Translations under genes and position numbers: made by a program
Origin: Rotaria socialis
Taxonomy: Eukaryota
Reading direction: 5' to 3'
Assembly: GCA_905331295.1 (NCBI GenBank)
Contig: CAJNYD010000431.1
Location: 1-45,073 of the forward strand
DNA length: 45,073 nucleotides
The notes under the pieces: generated by a model
Database searches by the model: none
What the model was told of the DNA's origin: nothing
What the model saw: the letters and a program-made list of their open reading frames with translations, nothing else
In this document: positions 22,898-41,925 of the stretch, one piece after another
How positions within the stretch are numbered: the stretch's first letter is position 1
Layout: every line of letters starts with the position of its first letter

Positions 22898-25862
22898 TTA
22901 TTGTTCAACAGGGATTGATTGTTGAAGTTCGTGGTCATCGGATTCGATATTTGAATCATCTCTTGAAAATACTGGACGTGAAAATGACAGTCGCTCTTTA
23001 TCAAAACGTAGTGCAAATCGGCCGAGTTGTCCATCAAATCGATTCTTTGCTACCTGAAAAGGTTTGAAAACAATCGCATCAAACTATCGCAAAATATATC
23101 AATCTACTTGTAAATATTTGATATTGCCACCGTTTGCAGTAGATATCTTTTTTTGTTGTATTATCAAAATATTATCGGATTCTTGTGATACTTTTGCGGA
23201 ACCGAATATTGACGAAACTGTTAATCCTTCATCTTCTTCCTTGAAAAGAAAATAATTTTCTTATCTAACAATCTCGTTCTCGGAAATTGCTTACTTTTCT
23301 CGGATGAATCACGATAGTAACATGGCATTTATTATTGGTTGCGAAGGTTCGAAACCGATGAATTAAAGTATCTTGTTTGAAAAATCGATCCCCATTCGAA
23401 TAATCCATTCCCATCATAAACTGAAGATTATCGATAACAACATGTTTTATATTATGAATTGCAACCGCATTTCCCATTGTCTAACGTGAAATTGTTTTTG
23501 TTTTTGAAATAGAAATCGAAATGTTTTTTCACTTACATTTATCACTTTATCAATGCTTTCTTGGCCGTGAAATGTCATAAAAAACATTGGTATACGAGCA
23601 AATTGTTCGGCAAATTTATCAAATACATCCATATTTTTCGATAGATTCAAACTTCACAGAATAACAATAAATAAATAAACTCGAATTCATAACGTTTCCG
23701 AAAACATACCCGGAATACTGTGTTAACATTACTTTAGCAAGACGATGCGTTTGAATTTCAAAACTGCCGAATAGAGTTGATAGCTAATAGAAGAATGAAT
23801 ACAATTTTCTTATCAGGTTTTCCTTCGCTAAAAGAGTGCGGAATGCACACTCGAAATGCATTCACATTTCCTTTTAGTACGTATAAATTTACCCCTTGAA
23901 GACATAGATCGAGTGAGTATTCACTTAAGAATGTAGTTTTACCACAGCCAGTGGATCCCGTAAGGACTGTTAATTCACCAGCTCGATGGCCCTTAAGAAT
24001 TTGAGTTAGCATAGGAAACCTTTGCCACTAGAAATAAAACGAATATTTGCAGTTTGTTTTTGTGAGAGAAACATTTTAGCTTACCGGTAATCCGGCAAAA
24101 CGTGTTCGTTGAAGCAATTCATCACGTATCAATTCCCGAAACGTATCGAATTGTTCGATACATTTATTAATCACAGCGAAGCTGTCATTCATTATTGTTT
24201 TTAAGTTCTGACCGGACATAAATGCTCCGTGTGCATCCATTGGATAACTTTACAGGAAAACATCTGTTTATTAACTACATCAACTAGAAATATTCTACTT
24301 ACGCTATCATAAAACATCGATGAGGACTGAGTACGTTGGCAAGACGAAAAGCAAGTGCTTTATCATTTGAATACCAAATATGAATTTTACGCAAGTGTTC
24401 AAAAATCATGTTCATCTGAATTCAATGAGTTGAAAACAATAATAAAAAAAAGCCATAGAAATTCTATCTTACTCGAATAGAAAATTTTGCACTCGGAAGA
24501 GCAATTGCTACTTTGCCTGTAGTTTGATAAACACATAGAGCATCCCAGATAGAATCAACAAGCATTATTTCAGCATTTCTTGCTGAAAGGAGATTTAAAC
24601 CGAATGGTGCAGCAAGTTTTCTAATAGAGTATAAAATTTATTTAGGAAAAAAAGCTAAAACCAAGTTATTACAAAGGCTTAGTGTTAGTCTGGGATATTG
24701 GATCAAGAACAACAATGTCAACAAGAGATCGGTCAGCGTCGTACAAGGGTGCAATAAGTTGATCTTGATAAATTCGAAGACCATATCGTTGAAGTGTGTC
24801 ATTGGATAGTGTATACTCCTTTAAAATTACAAATACTTAATAAGTTTTTTTGTTGTTGATTGCGACAGATAGTTTAGTAGGAGAAAGAGACAATAGCTAG
24901 GGGCACAAGATTCTACTGAGTGATATTAGCGAATGGATCATTTGTGTTTAGTAGACCTGAAAGAAAAATTCATAGAATTAGGCTATGATGGGTGCAGAGA
25001 TACTGCACAACTATGGTTGATACTTAAATTATTGTCATAATTCTCATAGGAGGCTTTGCATAGAAAAAAAAGTCCTAACAAAAATAGATTTCAGGAAATA
25101 TTATTCTTATTAAGTGGCAAAATGAATACTTTTATTTCTTATATGGATTTTTAAACTGCAGATTCATTAGATGTTTAAAACGATAATCTTCGTTTTCTAG
25201 AGAGATAAGAGATTAGAATATGCTCTTTTGTTAAACATCAAGGAATTTCACCTCATTAAATCCATATCTTGATAGAATGATATTTAGAACGTCTTTATCG
25301 CAATCTGCAATTGCTTTTGATTTTTCCCAAATATGATTTTCTTCACCGGATAGAAGAATCAATGGTAGACTTGCTTTTGGACAAAATGTCCTATAGAATA
25401 AAAACAAAACACATCAATTAAAGAAGATAAAAAACAAATAATTAAAACCTTGATCGAAGATTTTGTAATTGACTTTTAAACTCTTCCCAAGTCCCACTTG
25501 TCGCACACTTCAAACAAGCGAAATCACCTATTAGAATACGTAAAACATTGAACGCCCGTTATATTTCTTGTGGCTTCATTACCCCGTTCTTTTCCTATAT
25601 GTATAAATCCTAATGGTTTATTTGCACTCCGACAACATAGTGCTTTGATACATGTCCATGATTCATCGAATGAAATTGAATTTTCTCTTAAAAATTCTTT
25701 TATTTCAATCGCTTGACCAACTAATGGTGGATTTGGATCAATTAATGGTTGTCTAACAGATAACGGAGCATTGATTGAATTAAATGAATGAAATAATTGT
25801 TTAATGGATGGATTAACAAATAAATAATTACTAGTGGAACGAAAAATCAAGGCGGACAACAT
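22898..25862 (-). CDS. TWNK: Twinkle mitochondrial DNA helicase (multi-exon)
   Basis: Motifs [65 protein letters not shown] and VAKNRFDG. N-terminal transit-peptide-like sequence. Stop at 22898-22900. Confidence 0.95.
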
Positions 25863-26136
25863 TGATCAACACATTTGAAGTGCAGATTTGTCCATTTCTT
25901 TTTGAACGAGCGATGGTCAGTTTTGTCATAGAGGTCGCTATAAACCACCCAGCTGAAAATTTTGCTTTTTTAAAAAACAATTTTCTAATTTAATTTTAGA
26001 ATTTAATTGTACACCTTGGTGCGTTTTTTGCTTTTTTCTGTATGTATATTATTGGCTTGACCAATTGAACCAATCGAAGAAATACGAATGAAATTACATT
26101 GTGAAAAATTCATTTTTAGAAGCAAAACAAAAAGAA
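25863..26136. promoter_or_regulatory. Putative bidirectional promoter between Twinkle and PQBP1
   Basis: Divergent start codons are only ~275 bp apart. Confidence 0.6.
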
Positions 26137-27743
26137 ATGCCACTTTCATCTGCACTGCAAGCACGTTTGATTGAACGCGGTATTCTAAATGCTACAAATA
26201 TCAATGCCGCAATCGGTTTGTATATTCACTTAAATCGATATTTTCTTTCAATTTCTTTTCTATTAGATGCCAGTGCTGACAATGATGAAAAAAGTGAAGA
26301 AGTATTTGCTGAAAGTTATGATGAACGTGAGGATCATCATCCTGCTGCCACAGCCCCAAAAAAAGTAGATTGATTATTGAATTGAATATATTTATGAAAA
26401 TGTTGTGTCTCACTTAGGCTATTTCAAGTAACTTTTCAGCAGCTGATGTTCAAATTGAATTTGAAGAATGTATTAAATGTCCAAATAAATGGAATCCATA
26501 TCATACTTGTGTTGAATATTGTAGAAAACGGTAAAGAAAAAAAAATTGTTTTCTCAAGATTCTCTATCTGAAGAAGAGATTTTGAGTAGTGCGTAATAGA
26601 AAGAAGATTCTGGTTTAACTTCGTAGGAGTTAAATTGCGTTAGGAAAGTTTAAGCGAAATAGATTGAATGCATGCACTATTAAAATTAGAATAAACACAT
26701 TTGAAAACATTTGTCTTCTGATTGGTCTAAATAGAAAAATACTCGGGTTTGAATTTTTTGTACTATTAGTCTAATTCGTTTTGACAATATGAATGCTTTA
26801 TTTTTAAAGATACGGAATTAAACATTATACAGCAGATTCAGCAACCGAAAAACGACGTCGACGAATGTTGAAAAAATATCCATTACCAACCAATTGGCGT
26901 GAAGTACCTGATGCTAATATAGATCGATGCTATTATTGGAATTTGGAAACCGATGAAGTCTCATGGTTACCGCCTTCTCATCCACGCTCGCATATCACAC
27001 AATCAGGAATTAAATTACGGCGTAAGAAGAATGGCTTTTCAAAAGAATGAAATTTTGTAAATGAATCATTTTTTCTCTTTTAAGAAAAAGAAATGGAAAA
27101 GAAAGCAGCAGACGCACAACGACAAGCAGCCGGGCCCTCGAAAAAGAAGAAAAAAAAGAAAAATTCAAATGATGTAAGAAATTACCGAGTTATTTTGATA
27201 ATGTCATTGTTTATTTTTCTGAAGGCTGGCGAACGATCTGATACAGACGAAGACGATTTAAATGCTGTACAAAAATTAAAACGTAAAATTGGTAAGTAGA
27301 TGGTATAGCCTATTTCGAAATAGAAATATAATCTGAGGATAAAAGGGTTTGTCTATACGAATCAGTTTAATTCTCTCATAAGTGATTCATAAAAATCTTT
27401 ATTTATTTTAGCCGGTAAAATGTTGAGCTACGATGCTGATCCAGTAAGTGATTTTTTTTTGTCAATAAATTTTTATAAATCTTTCGTATTTCAGATGGAT
27501 CCATCATCTTATTCGGATGTGCCAAGGTAAATATTTTTGAAAAAGAGAATTTATTTATTGTTACATTCTTATTCTTTCAGAGGCAATTGGGCCGCTGGTC
27601 TTGAAGTAAAAGGCAAAGCAAAGACGGGTGTCGATGACACCGCTACTGGTGAATTGTTTCAAATGCGTCCATATCCGTCTCCTGGCGATGTACTTCGTAT
27701 GAATGCTGAAGTTGGATCAAAGAAAAAATTGAAAAATCCATAG
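26137..27743 (+). CDS. PQBP1: Polyglutamine-binding protein 1 (WW-domain splicing factor, multi-exon)
   Basis: N-terminal [34 protein letters not shown] domain LPTNWREV...[31 protein letters not shown] and the C-terminal [15 protein letters not shown] (YxxPxxVL) motif. Confidence 0.95.
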
Positions 27744-28085
27744 TTTTGTTTCTTTTTTGTAAAATTTTTGTCATGTTGATAAATGTATTTGTCTCGAGTC
27801 TTAACGATACAAAATATCTATTTGTTTCTTTTTTCAGATATATTAATATTTAGATAACTTCTGCTTTTAGAGAAATCTTGATAAGAACGTAAGTCTTTTT
27901 TTCCTTCTTTATTTTCAAATGCAAAACCGATACTCCTTTTCCTATAACGTTCGGAAGCATTCTTTCATTGTGTTTTTTCCTCGTATAACTAAAACAAAAC
28001 AAGCACACGCTAATACTAAATTAAAATGAATATTTGTTTTTTTTGCTTCTAAACACGCAGACATATTTATATGTATATATAATGT

Positions 28086-30751
28086 TTAAATCCGCACCCA
28101 TATTATTCCATCTTCAATATGTACAATGAAACCGGTCGTTTCATCCCGATATTGTTGTGGAGATTTGGCTTTTGTATCTACTGTTGGTTTTGTTACTTGA
28201 TTAATCATTGGTTTAACCATCGATTTTGAAATTTTCGATTCTTGCTTTTTATTTTCCGTTGTGGTTGATGAGTTGCTTTTTTCCGTTGCTTTTTTACTCT
28301 CCTTTGCTAAAGGAGGCGAGCAAGGACCTGAAGATTTATGTGGTTTATCATTTGGTGATGAAAGTAGATTAACTAAGAGATACCGATAGGTATTAATTTC
28401 TGACCAAAGACTACCAGCATTTTCACGTAAATGTACAATAATACAATCTAATTCTGGTAATTGTCTTTGTAATTTTTGATATTCTCTATCGACGGTTTCA
28501 TAACGTTGACGATTTTGTTCAGTAACATTACGAAGATCATTTTCAAGTTGTTCTAAACGAAAATTGTTCTTCGAGAAAAGAAAATGTCTCGAAATCTATT
28601 TACCTGATTTGTCTTTGAGTAATTGATTTTGTTCGATTAATGTTCGATGTTCTTGCTTTATGGAATCTAACGCTATTCGAATGTCTTGTGGTTTTGCTGT
28701 TTCTTGTTGTTTCTCGCGTTTTGAAATTTCATTTCGGACTAAATCTAATTTTGCTTTATATGATTTTTCTAATTCACTTAAGCGTATATCATTGAGCTCT
28801 TGATAATCTTTACTAAACAGAGAATAGATTCATAAGAAAAACAACTCTTTAGATAAATCCATGTTGTATCGAAATGTAAAACATTGTTAATCCTATAGAA
28901 GTGTTTCTATTCTATTTATCTTAGGTTAGATTTCGTCAGCATACATAGACGTGTGGATAAACTGTCTACCGGTCGCTACACAGTGTTGATTCCGTAATTA
29001 AAAACTTCTCTACCCAACCAATAGTATCATCGTTGCAGTAAGGATCTTATAAGCGAAAAATAATGGCAAACTTCTATATATTTTATTCTGCGATTCTCAA
29101 TAGTAGTTCTAGATTGTGTTTCATAAAAGAAAACAAATTGTTTACTAACCGAATTTGTTGAACAATATAATGAAATTCAGTTTTAGTAAATTGCTTATTT
29201 AAATCAAACCGAAATTGTTCTAAATATTCGAATTCTTCTTGTCGTCGACGATGATATTCGTGTTCGAATGATAATTGTTCTTTGAGAGTGCATAAATGAT
29301 TTTCATTGTCCATTCGTTCGTAAGTTATTTTATCGTATTCATTTGAAAAATTGATTAATTTATTTATATATTCAGTATATTGATTTTTGTACATCTGTAT
29401 TGAAAAGGAAAGCATGGGAATTAGTAATGTTAAAAGGACTGAACAAGTAACTACTGATACATTGGGATTAGACATGCAACGTATAGAAATAAGCCGGTGT
29501 ATTAGTCGAGAGCGGTAGTTGAAAGTTTTGACGCGTTTGTTTCTAAACAATTATCAACGCATGCGGAAATTTGAGATACGAAAAACACAGCGAGCGTCAC
29601 AAATAGAAAACTATAGAACTCAATATTGTTTTCTTGTGGGCGTATCGAATTTTTGAAACACACTGTGAACGGTACAATCGTAAAGGTCGCGACTTATTGA
29701 AAAAGATTGTCGAGCTAGTCCTAACATTGAACTTTATTTGGCCAAGGAAGCCCTACAACTCGTTAATTCTTTCGGTGAAGAATAGTAATCGTTTTTAAAT
29801 GAATGTTATGGTTTCATTCAAGTAGATTTACTTATCAAAGAAATGATAAATGTTGACTCTCCTGTAGAAGATATTTCTTACTTGTAAATCGTGTTCTCGA
29901 TTTTGATATTGTCCTTGAATTTGTTTTAATTCCTGTGAAGTACCTTCAACTTGCTGTCGCATGGTTCGAAGTTGTTCCGTTTGTTGTTGCTCATGAACTC
30001 CTAATAATTTAATATTTGTTTGATAGAATTTCATATCATAATCAGCACGTTGCAAACGTATTTGTATCAGTGTTTGTGCTCGAGCTTCATTATTAATTTG
30101 TTTTCGTAAATTATTTAATTGAATTTCATGCGGATGTTGATATTTTTTAATCGTTTGATTTTTGCCGTTGGTTTCAATTTGTTGTTGTTCTTCATCGAGT
30201 CCCATATATTTTTTATATGCATCATCAACTTGCCGACGAAGATCCGCATTAGCACTGGCTAAACATTTTATTTTTTCTAGATAATTTCCAAAACGAGTAT
30301 TTAGCGTATTTAATTCAGATTTTTCGCATTCCTGTTGTGTTTTTCGTAGTTCTTCTATGTAGATTGTACTTGCATGTGTACCAATGGCGCCATTACTACG
30401 TGAATTAACCATACGAGACGAACGTGAAGTTGTTTTTGCTGGATTATTCAATGTGCTCACGTAAATACACGATGACGATGTTGCCGGCGGTGTTGTTTCA
30501 TTTAATGGCATTTGAGAATGATCAGCACTTTTTGCACGTTCATGTTGGTTATTTATAGAACTTATTGACGACGAAAGTGGTCTGCAGGGCGCTGATGAAT
30601 GATCTGTTTCATAATAGAATGTAGCCTTTGTTTGTTGTTGATGATGAGTCTGTTTTGATTGCTTATCGAAACCGAAGCTTTTATTATTCGGACGTGCACT
30701 CGTCATTGCATGTAAATCTTGCCATGAATTTTTTATTACTCCTCGATGCAT
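28086..30751 (-). CDS. Cytoplasmic intermediate filament protein (4 coding exons, approx. 30751-29880, 29394-29148, 28812-28604, 28572-28086)
   Basis: Coil-1A motif ELNTLNTRFGNYLEKIKCL and rod-end motif LWSEINTYRYLL, with a Ser/Thr-rich head. No CaaX or obvious lamin tail domain. Confidence 0.88.
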
Positions 30752-31494
30752 ATCTATTTCACTATGAATAGAAGAATGTTTTAATAAATCGATAGAATAT
30801 AAACTATGTATTGTTGTTAAGTCTACAGTCACTTACCTAGTATTGTTTTCTTTTTCTTTGTGCAATCAACAGTTTTTAAATGAAGAGAACTTGACACAGA
30901 AAAAAAAAGTTATTTATCGAACTTGATACATTCAATCTATGCAAATGAGAAAAAAACAAGCGAATGAATGTGTTTGAAAAGGTTAAAACATATTTTAGTA
31001 GTTTGTTTTTAAGCTTATTTCATAACGATGTGCTATTTCTGAAAGTAAATATGATCTCTAAATCGTCTTTTTATATTTAGTATCTTCTATTTAATCTTCT
31101 TTCTAAGATCATATTCTATAGCCGATAAGCCTCAATGTTGACTGTAGGTAATAAATATTATTAAATTTCTGGGAATAACCTTGAAAGAGAAAAAAGGAAA
31201 TCATTAATTTCTTACTTGAATCCTTGCTGTTGAACATAGTAATCATTATAATAGCAAGGAGGTAACTATTCCTTTCTTTTCTTCGAAGTTCGAACTCAGA
31301 AGAGAAAGTTCTACCATATATATATATACGAATGTGTATACGACTTTTTTTTCGTTATGCATATATTCACTCTCTTTCTCTCTCGTCTCAGTATATATTC
31401 ATCGTATTTGAAATACAAACGCACTATGAATTGACAGGAGTAGTGCTAAAATGTATGTGCATATGTCGACACGATAGGACAAATTATCAATTCG

Positions 31495-31514
31495 TATATA
31501 TATATATATATATA
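31495..31514. repeat. (TA)10 microsatellite
   Basis: Direct reading. Confidence 0.9.
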
Positions 31515-32768
31515 CAAGAATATTAGGATTAGATGAAAGACATGGACGTGTAGAAAAATGTATTAAGAATATATATATAAAATAAATGAGGTAACCTGAA
31601 GGTTGATGACAATTGGAATTCTTTTCTACAACGAATAGCAATAGAACAGGCACAAAAGGAAATAGATTTCTCTTCTTTTTTTTTTTGGTGAAATTTGCCT
31701 GTTGTTATTGTTAGATAATGATCAATGATATATCATCTCTTATTAGTGTTCTGTAAAATAATGAAAATCTATATGTGTTATATGAACACAACAGGAAAAA
31801 AAATTGATTTCATTTCACTTACTCAATTGTATATTTTTTTGTTCTTCGTTTTATTTCAAGTTTGTTTGAAAATGATTACTTACACTTGATCAACTATATT
31901 TGTTCTTTCGGACATCGAGCAGGTTGTTGAGAAAGAAAAATTGTATGATGCAACAATTGGACTTTCTGTTGTCGACCGCAATCGACTCGACGAGTCGTTG
32001 TTGGGATTAAAGTGTTGTTGTTATTCTTGCATAATCATTTGTATCAGATTTCCTTTTTTTACCTTATGTTCTTCTCCTTTTATGCTCTTGCAATTGGATA
32101 CATTTCAATTGATTCGAAGCATTTGTATATAATAGATATTTCGATGCAAACAAAGAGAAAAGGAAATCACATTTTTTTCTCTGCACTTTTAATTAATCAA
32201 GATAATGAATATTCGATTCATTGAATTTAAATGCCCCCCCAAAAAAAAACCTACGCAAGATATTCGTTACGATTCCGATTATTATTTTTACAATGATCGA
32301 TTCTTTGAGTTCTTCCACTTTTTAGTTATACAAAATATTGATAGAGATTCATTATGACAAATAACAACAATAGAATGAATGCACACATGACCATTATTGG
32401 AAGTCCGAAGACAAACAAAAACATTTCATACGAACATAAGTTTATTATTTCTCGTCACCGGTCACTTGAACAAGTTAATAAAGAAATTTCTATAGAACTT
32501 TTTGACAAGAATTGTTCACCTTTGAAGATGTAATTTCTATTTATACAAAATGGTATAAAAGTTTATTGAAATAGGACACTGAGGAAAGGAACTCCAAAGT
32601 TGTGTTAACCTTCGATTGAATATTTTATTTAGAAAACTTAATCGATCAATTATTTATGATTTATATTTAACATTTCATTGATGATCTTTATTTTACTTAA
32701 TTGTTTACATAAAGATTAAGATTTGTTTGTTTTCAGATAAATTTTTTTTTCTTCTTCTTGTTGTAAAC

Positions 32769-37240
<4,472 letters not shown>

Positions 37241-38294
37241 ATGAACAAATATTATATTGTTGTCATATAGAGTTCTTTTTTCTGTGGTTGTTCGTCCATT
37301 TGACTATCGTATTCTGAATGTTCTTGTTGTTGTTGTTGTTAAAAATAAAATTTTCACAGAAATAAAAAGACGATGTTCATAGTCATGCAATCTAGAATCA
37401 AATTTATGTAAGAAATGTTTTCATCAGCGTTTAAAAATAGAAAGGAATATGTAGTGATCTGAAAAGGACCATCAACGTAGCAGTTTCATTTGAAGAAAGA
37501 GAGGGTTTCTCTATATTAATTGATGCATCTCTACCTAACGGTGTGAATATTTACATCAGTTTTTCAGTGATTTGAATTTAAAACAATACTCGAAGCGAAT
37601 TGTTATGTTGCTCAGAGTTATCTCTACCGTTGTGGAATTCAAACAGAAACACGTGAAATCTGCTGTTGGCACAGCATGCAACGTCCTTTCACTCATATCC
37701 AGAGCTAAAGTGAGCTATTAGTTTTCTCGAAAATATATCTGAACTTCACAAAAGATGAAATAATTGTAATAAGTCCCCGGATGCACACAGACATGAGACT
37801 ACAGCGTTTCGTCATTCTTTGTTTCTAATAAATACGAAGTCGGTAGAGAAATAATTCCTCTTTCCCCGCATGTATTTTAAGCAGCACATTTCAGTCATGC
37901 ATAAATACAGAAATTGATCGACCTCTATCAGAATAAATAATTATACAAAAACCAAATGTCTCTTAAATATTAAAATTTCTATGAAATAAGCGATCGTTGT
38001 GATAATATTCCGTATGTAATTGCTCCAATATTAAATTCGATTAACCATTTAGTTTATTTTTATCGAAAGACTGAGAGATACAATTCTACAGCATTCAGTT
38101 GAATTAGTGTTTATTCAGTCTTATCTGTTCTTTCATTTCTTATTCGAGAAGAAAAAAAGAAGATTGCTCTCGCGCAAATATATATATATAACACAAAATT
38201 ATGTTATCTTCATCACTGATAGAGTTGAAATTTTGTTTTATTATCATCATCAAATAAAAAGAAGTCTAAGTCAAAAGAAGAAGACTTTCAAAAA

Positions 38295-41200
38295 ATGCGG
38301 AGCATACCCGAGATTATTGGACTTGATGAGAAGGGAGTTGTCGTTAACGCTGGTCGTAATCGCACAACTTCTGGAAGAGTTTTTTTTGGCACTTTTATAT
38401 TTCTTGGTGTCCTTTCCCTTGCATTGCTTATCACTGTTATTGTTCAAGCACGAAACAATGGAAAAAATGACAATACAAATAACAATAAGAATGAGAATAA
38501 AAATGAAGTTTGTCTTACTCAAGGATGTATTTCAGCAGCTACACATCAATTACGTTCGGCAGATAGTACAGTCGCATCGAATTTATGTAAAGATTTTTAT
38601 ACTTATGCATGTGGTGGTTGGCAAAAAACTCATCCGATTCAATCATTTGATGTTGAACGAACAATACTTGGTGATATAATCGATCGACGTGATATGGAAA
38701 TCGAACGTCTTCTTGATTCGCCTATAATTCGTTCGAATGAACGAAGTTGGGAATATAAAGTTAAAGTCAGTTTTTGCTTTTGATTAAAAATTATTTTCCT
38801 ACGAAATGAAAATTTCATCTAGACCTATTACACTGAATGTCGAGATGATTATGTACGAGTGAACAACACTGCATCATACATGATAGCAATCATGCAAGAT
38901 CCTTCTACTATTAATGGATGGTTTATGTTTGATAATAGTGCTGAAGATGCTAGTCAAGAAGCGTTATTAAAAAATCAAACTCTCTTTCAACAAATGTCTC
39001 ATATTCATGGCGATTTTGGCAAGTTAATAAAAATCCTATATTTACATTATATAAATGTTTACGTCTCGATTAGGTGCCCTCGCTGTATTTGGTATACGTA
39101 CAAGATTTGATGAAAATGATCCAACCATAAAACGTCTTGAAGTATAAAAAAATATAATAAAACTTGTAAACGAAAATTTCATATTTTTTGTTTTGTTTAT
39201 CAAGTTGTATCCAGCTGGTCTATCAATGGAAGTGACTGACTATGGGGAAGATGATCCGATATCAACTGCAGTGAGTAACATTGCTTACACCTATTTCAAA
39301 ACATATCAAAAGATTTCTATAAGAGATGCCCCTAATAATAAAATTCGTTCTATCATAAAACATCAAGCATTGTGAATATCTCTTCATATCATGACCTATA
39401 CATGATATTATTTGCATTTCTCCTGACTTTTTTTCTGGTTGATTCAAATGCATGTAAAAATATCTCCAACACTTGATTTCATCCTTTAGCGTCGCGCAGC
39501 GTTTCAAATATATATTATTGAAATAATGAAATTACTTGCTAAAGATGCTGGAATAACAGATATAAATGTCGAAGATCGAGCGTTTACTGTTGCGAATGAT
39601 GTATTCACTATTGAAAAATTTCTAGCGGACGTATGTATTTCGTTATGATCGATTCAAATAGATTACATTATCGTTCGATTATTTAGAGTCTTCGACGTAA
39701 TCCTACTACCAATGTACCAAGAACAACGAATTTACAAGAGATATCAGCACAATTTTTTGTAAAAACTAAGCAAAACGTCATAAAAGAAATTTATATGCTT
39801 TTTTTTCTAGTTTGAATTTGATCGATTAATTTTCCATGAATTAGACGATCCAGAGGCTATCTCAGTACTGACACCAATCTATTTGACAAACAACATGTAT
39901 TTTACCGATGCTTTTGAATTGGTAACAGATCTTGAGAAGTATACATATAATTGCTTGTCCTAGTCAAAGATTATTCACTTTCTATAACATTAAGTCCGTT
40001 GTTTGCCCGAATGGTTCATAATTATCTTCGGTGGCGTCTTGTTGCGACCTACATCAATGATTTGCCATACAGTTATGTTCATAAACATCGAGAATATCTT
40101 TCTGCTTACTATGGTTATACTTTGCATTCGACAAACGAAGATTATTGTACACGTGAAGTTATTCGTCGGTTTCCATTTGCCATTCAACGTTTATATACGA
40201 TGAATTCAACAAAATATTCTAATGCAGTTAAAACGGTATAATCATATTGTGCTTGCCATTGAATAGAATAATATGTACTGCTTGTCTTGTTATAGGTAGA
40301 AACAGTCTCAAATGAATTAATCAAATCATTCAAGACCTATATTGATAAAAATGCGAAATGGATGGTTGATGTAAAAACAAGAAACATGGCCAAAGAGAAA
40401 TTGAATGCATTGACAACGGCGATTGGTTATGCATCGATTTCGTCCAATGATGCTTCACTGGATGATTATTATGACAAAGTAAGAATGGTGTTTCTTTTTT
40501 TTCTCTATCTGAATTGGCTCTGATATGAGTAAAATTTAGTTTGTTGTAACAGCTGATGCACATCTTCAAAACTCATACAGCTATCATCATTTTCATCGTT
40601 CGGTTTTATCCAATGCGCTAAAAAATCCAAATTTATTAGATCATTGGGATTTTTTTGAAACAAGACCAAATCGACTTTTTGACTATATTGCAGTTTTTAA
40701 TCGACTATTTGTTATTGCTAGTGGTATGCATGAACCACTTGTTAATACTGAATGGCCATGGTAACGTTGAAACTTTTAGTTTTCATTTGATGTGGTTTTT
40801 GTTTTTAGGGCTATGAATTTTGGATCTATTGGTGTTCTACTTGCTCAAAAGCTGTTCGCTAGTATTGATGGTCCTGATGGTGAGTATTTACAACTGTCAT
40901 TAATAGTTATATATATATGTATTTCAATGAATTCAGGTCGAACATATTTGCCTAATGGTACACGAACTGATTGGTGGGAACCTCCAACTAAAGTCGGATA
41001 CAACAATAGTCGCAATTGTATAACTGACTATTATGTGAATGAATTAAAAACATTAACGTACAAAGTCAACGATGCTGTGGTACAAGTTCAATTGGCTGGT
41101 GAACCTTTTTCACCGACGACTCTTCGACATATTGGTGCACTACGCATAGCATATGGTGCTCTAAAGAATAACGATGATATGAAATCATTGAAAATGCCTG

Positions 41201-41403
41201 GAACGAATTTAACAAGCGAACAAACGTTTTTTCTTGCTTATGCTCAAACACAATGTTATCAACGACAGTCACTTTTACAGTTACTACGAACACAGTTGGG
41301 CTCGTATGATGAAGGAACAGCATTAAATGCTGCTCTCATTCATATGCCTGAATTTGCTAAAGCATTTGAATGTGAAGCAAGAAAAAATCAATGTTTTGAT
41401 TAG
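38295..41403 (+). CDS. Neprilysin/ECE-like M13 family type II membrane protein, predicted catalytically inactive (multi-exon)
   Basis: N-terminal TM helix, then C..C...C.DFYTYACGGW, NYLRWRLV, KWM...T...AKEKL and EQTFFLAYAQTQC, ending EFAKAFEC...C. The HExxH position reads QKLFA. Confidence 0.9.
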
Positions 41404-41890
41404 TCTACTCATTTTTTTTTCTTATGAAACAGATAAATTATTTTGTGTTAATGAATGAAATATAAACCCGATCAATTTTTTTACAAAGAATAAAATTTCA
41501 ATGCGTAGATTCGAAGATTGCTTTTGCACGGAATTAAATCGAGGAATTATATTTTGTTAATCAACAAATACTCTTTTTAAAATACAATAACACAAAATCG
41601 TTTCTTGTTGTTTTATGCAGTTATCGAGGAAAATTCTTCGTTTTCCGAATTTCAAGTTAACGTTTTCGTATATTTAAGTTTTAAACTTCTGTTAGGGCAA
41701 CAATATTTGATTTTTATCTGTTTTTTTTCTATTCGAAACTTTCGAGAACAGATGATCACGAATCGAGATAATATATCCATCACCTACTTCTCTTGGAATA
41801 CCTTGTATATCGAGGTATGATAGCTTGTTTTGTCGTTTTTCCTCTAATATGGGTGATATATGTTCGTTTTTTGCTTCTTCTAGACAACGG

Positions 41891-41925
41891 AAGAGAAAGA
41901 AATAAGAGAAAGAAATAAGAGAAAC
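41891..41925. repeat. Short tandem repeat (AAGAGAAAGAAAT) x ~2.7
   Basis: Direct reading. Confidence 0.75.

Noticed and set aside
30900..32700. Several 60-85 aa ORFs between the IF gene and EFTUD2
   Set aside because: AT-rich low-complexity translations with no motifs, consistent with intergenic or 5' UTR intron sequence.
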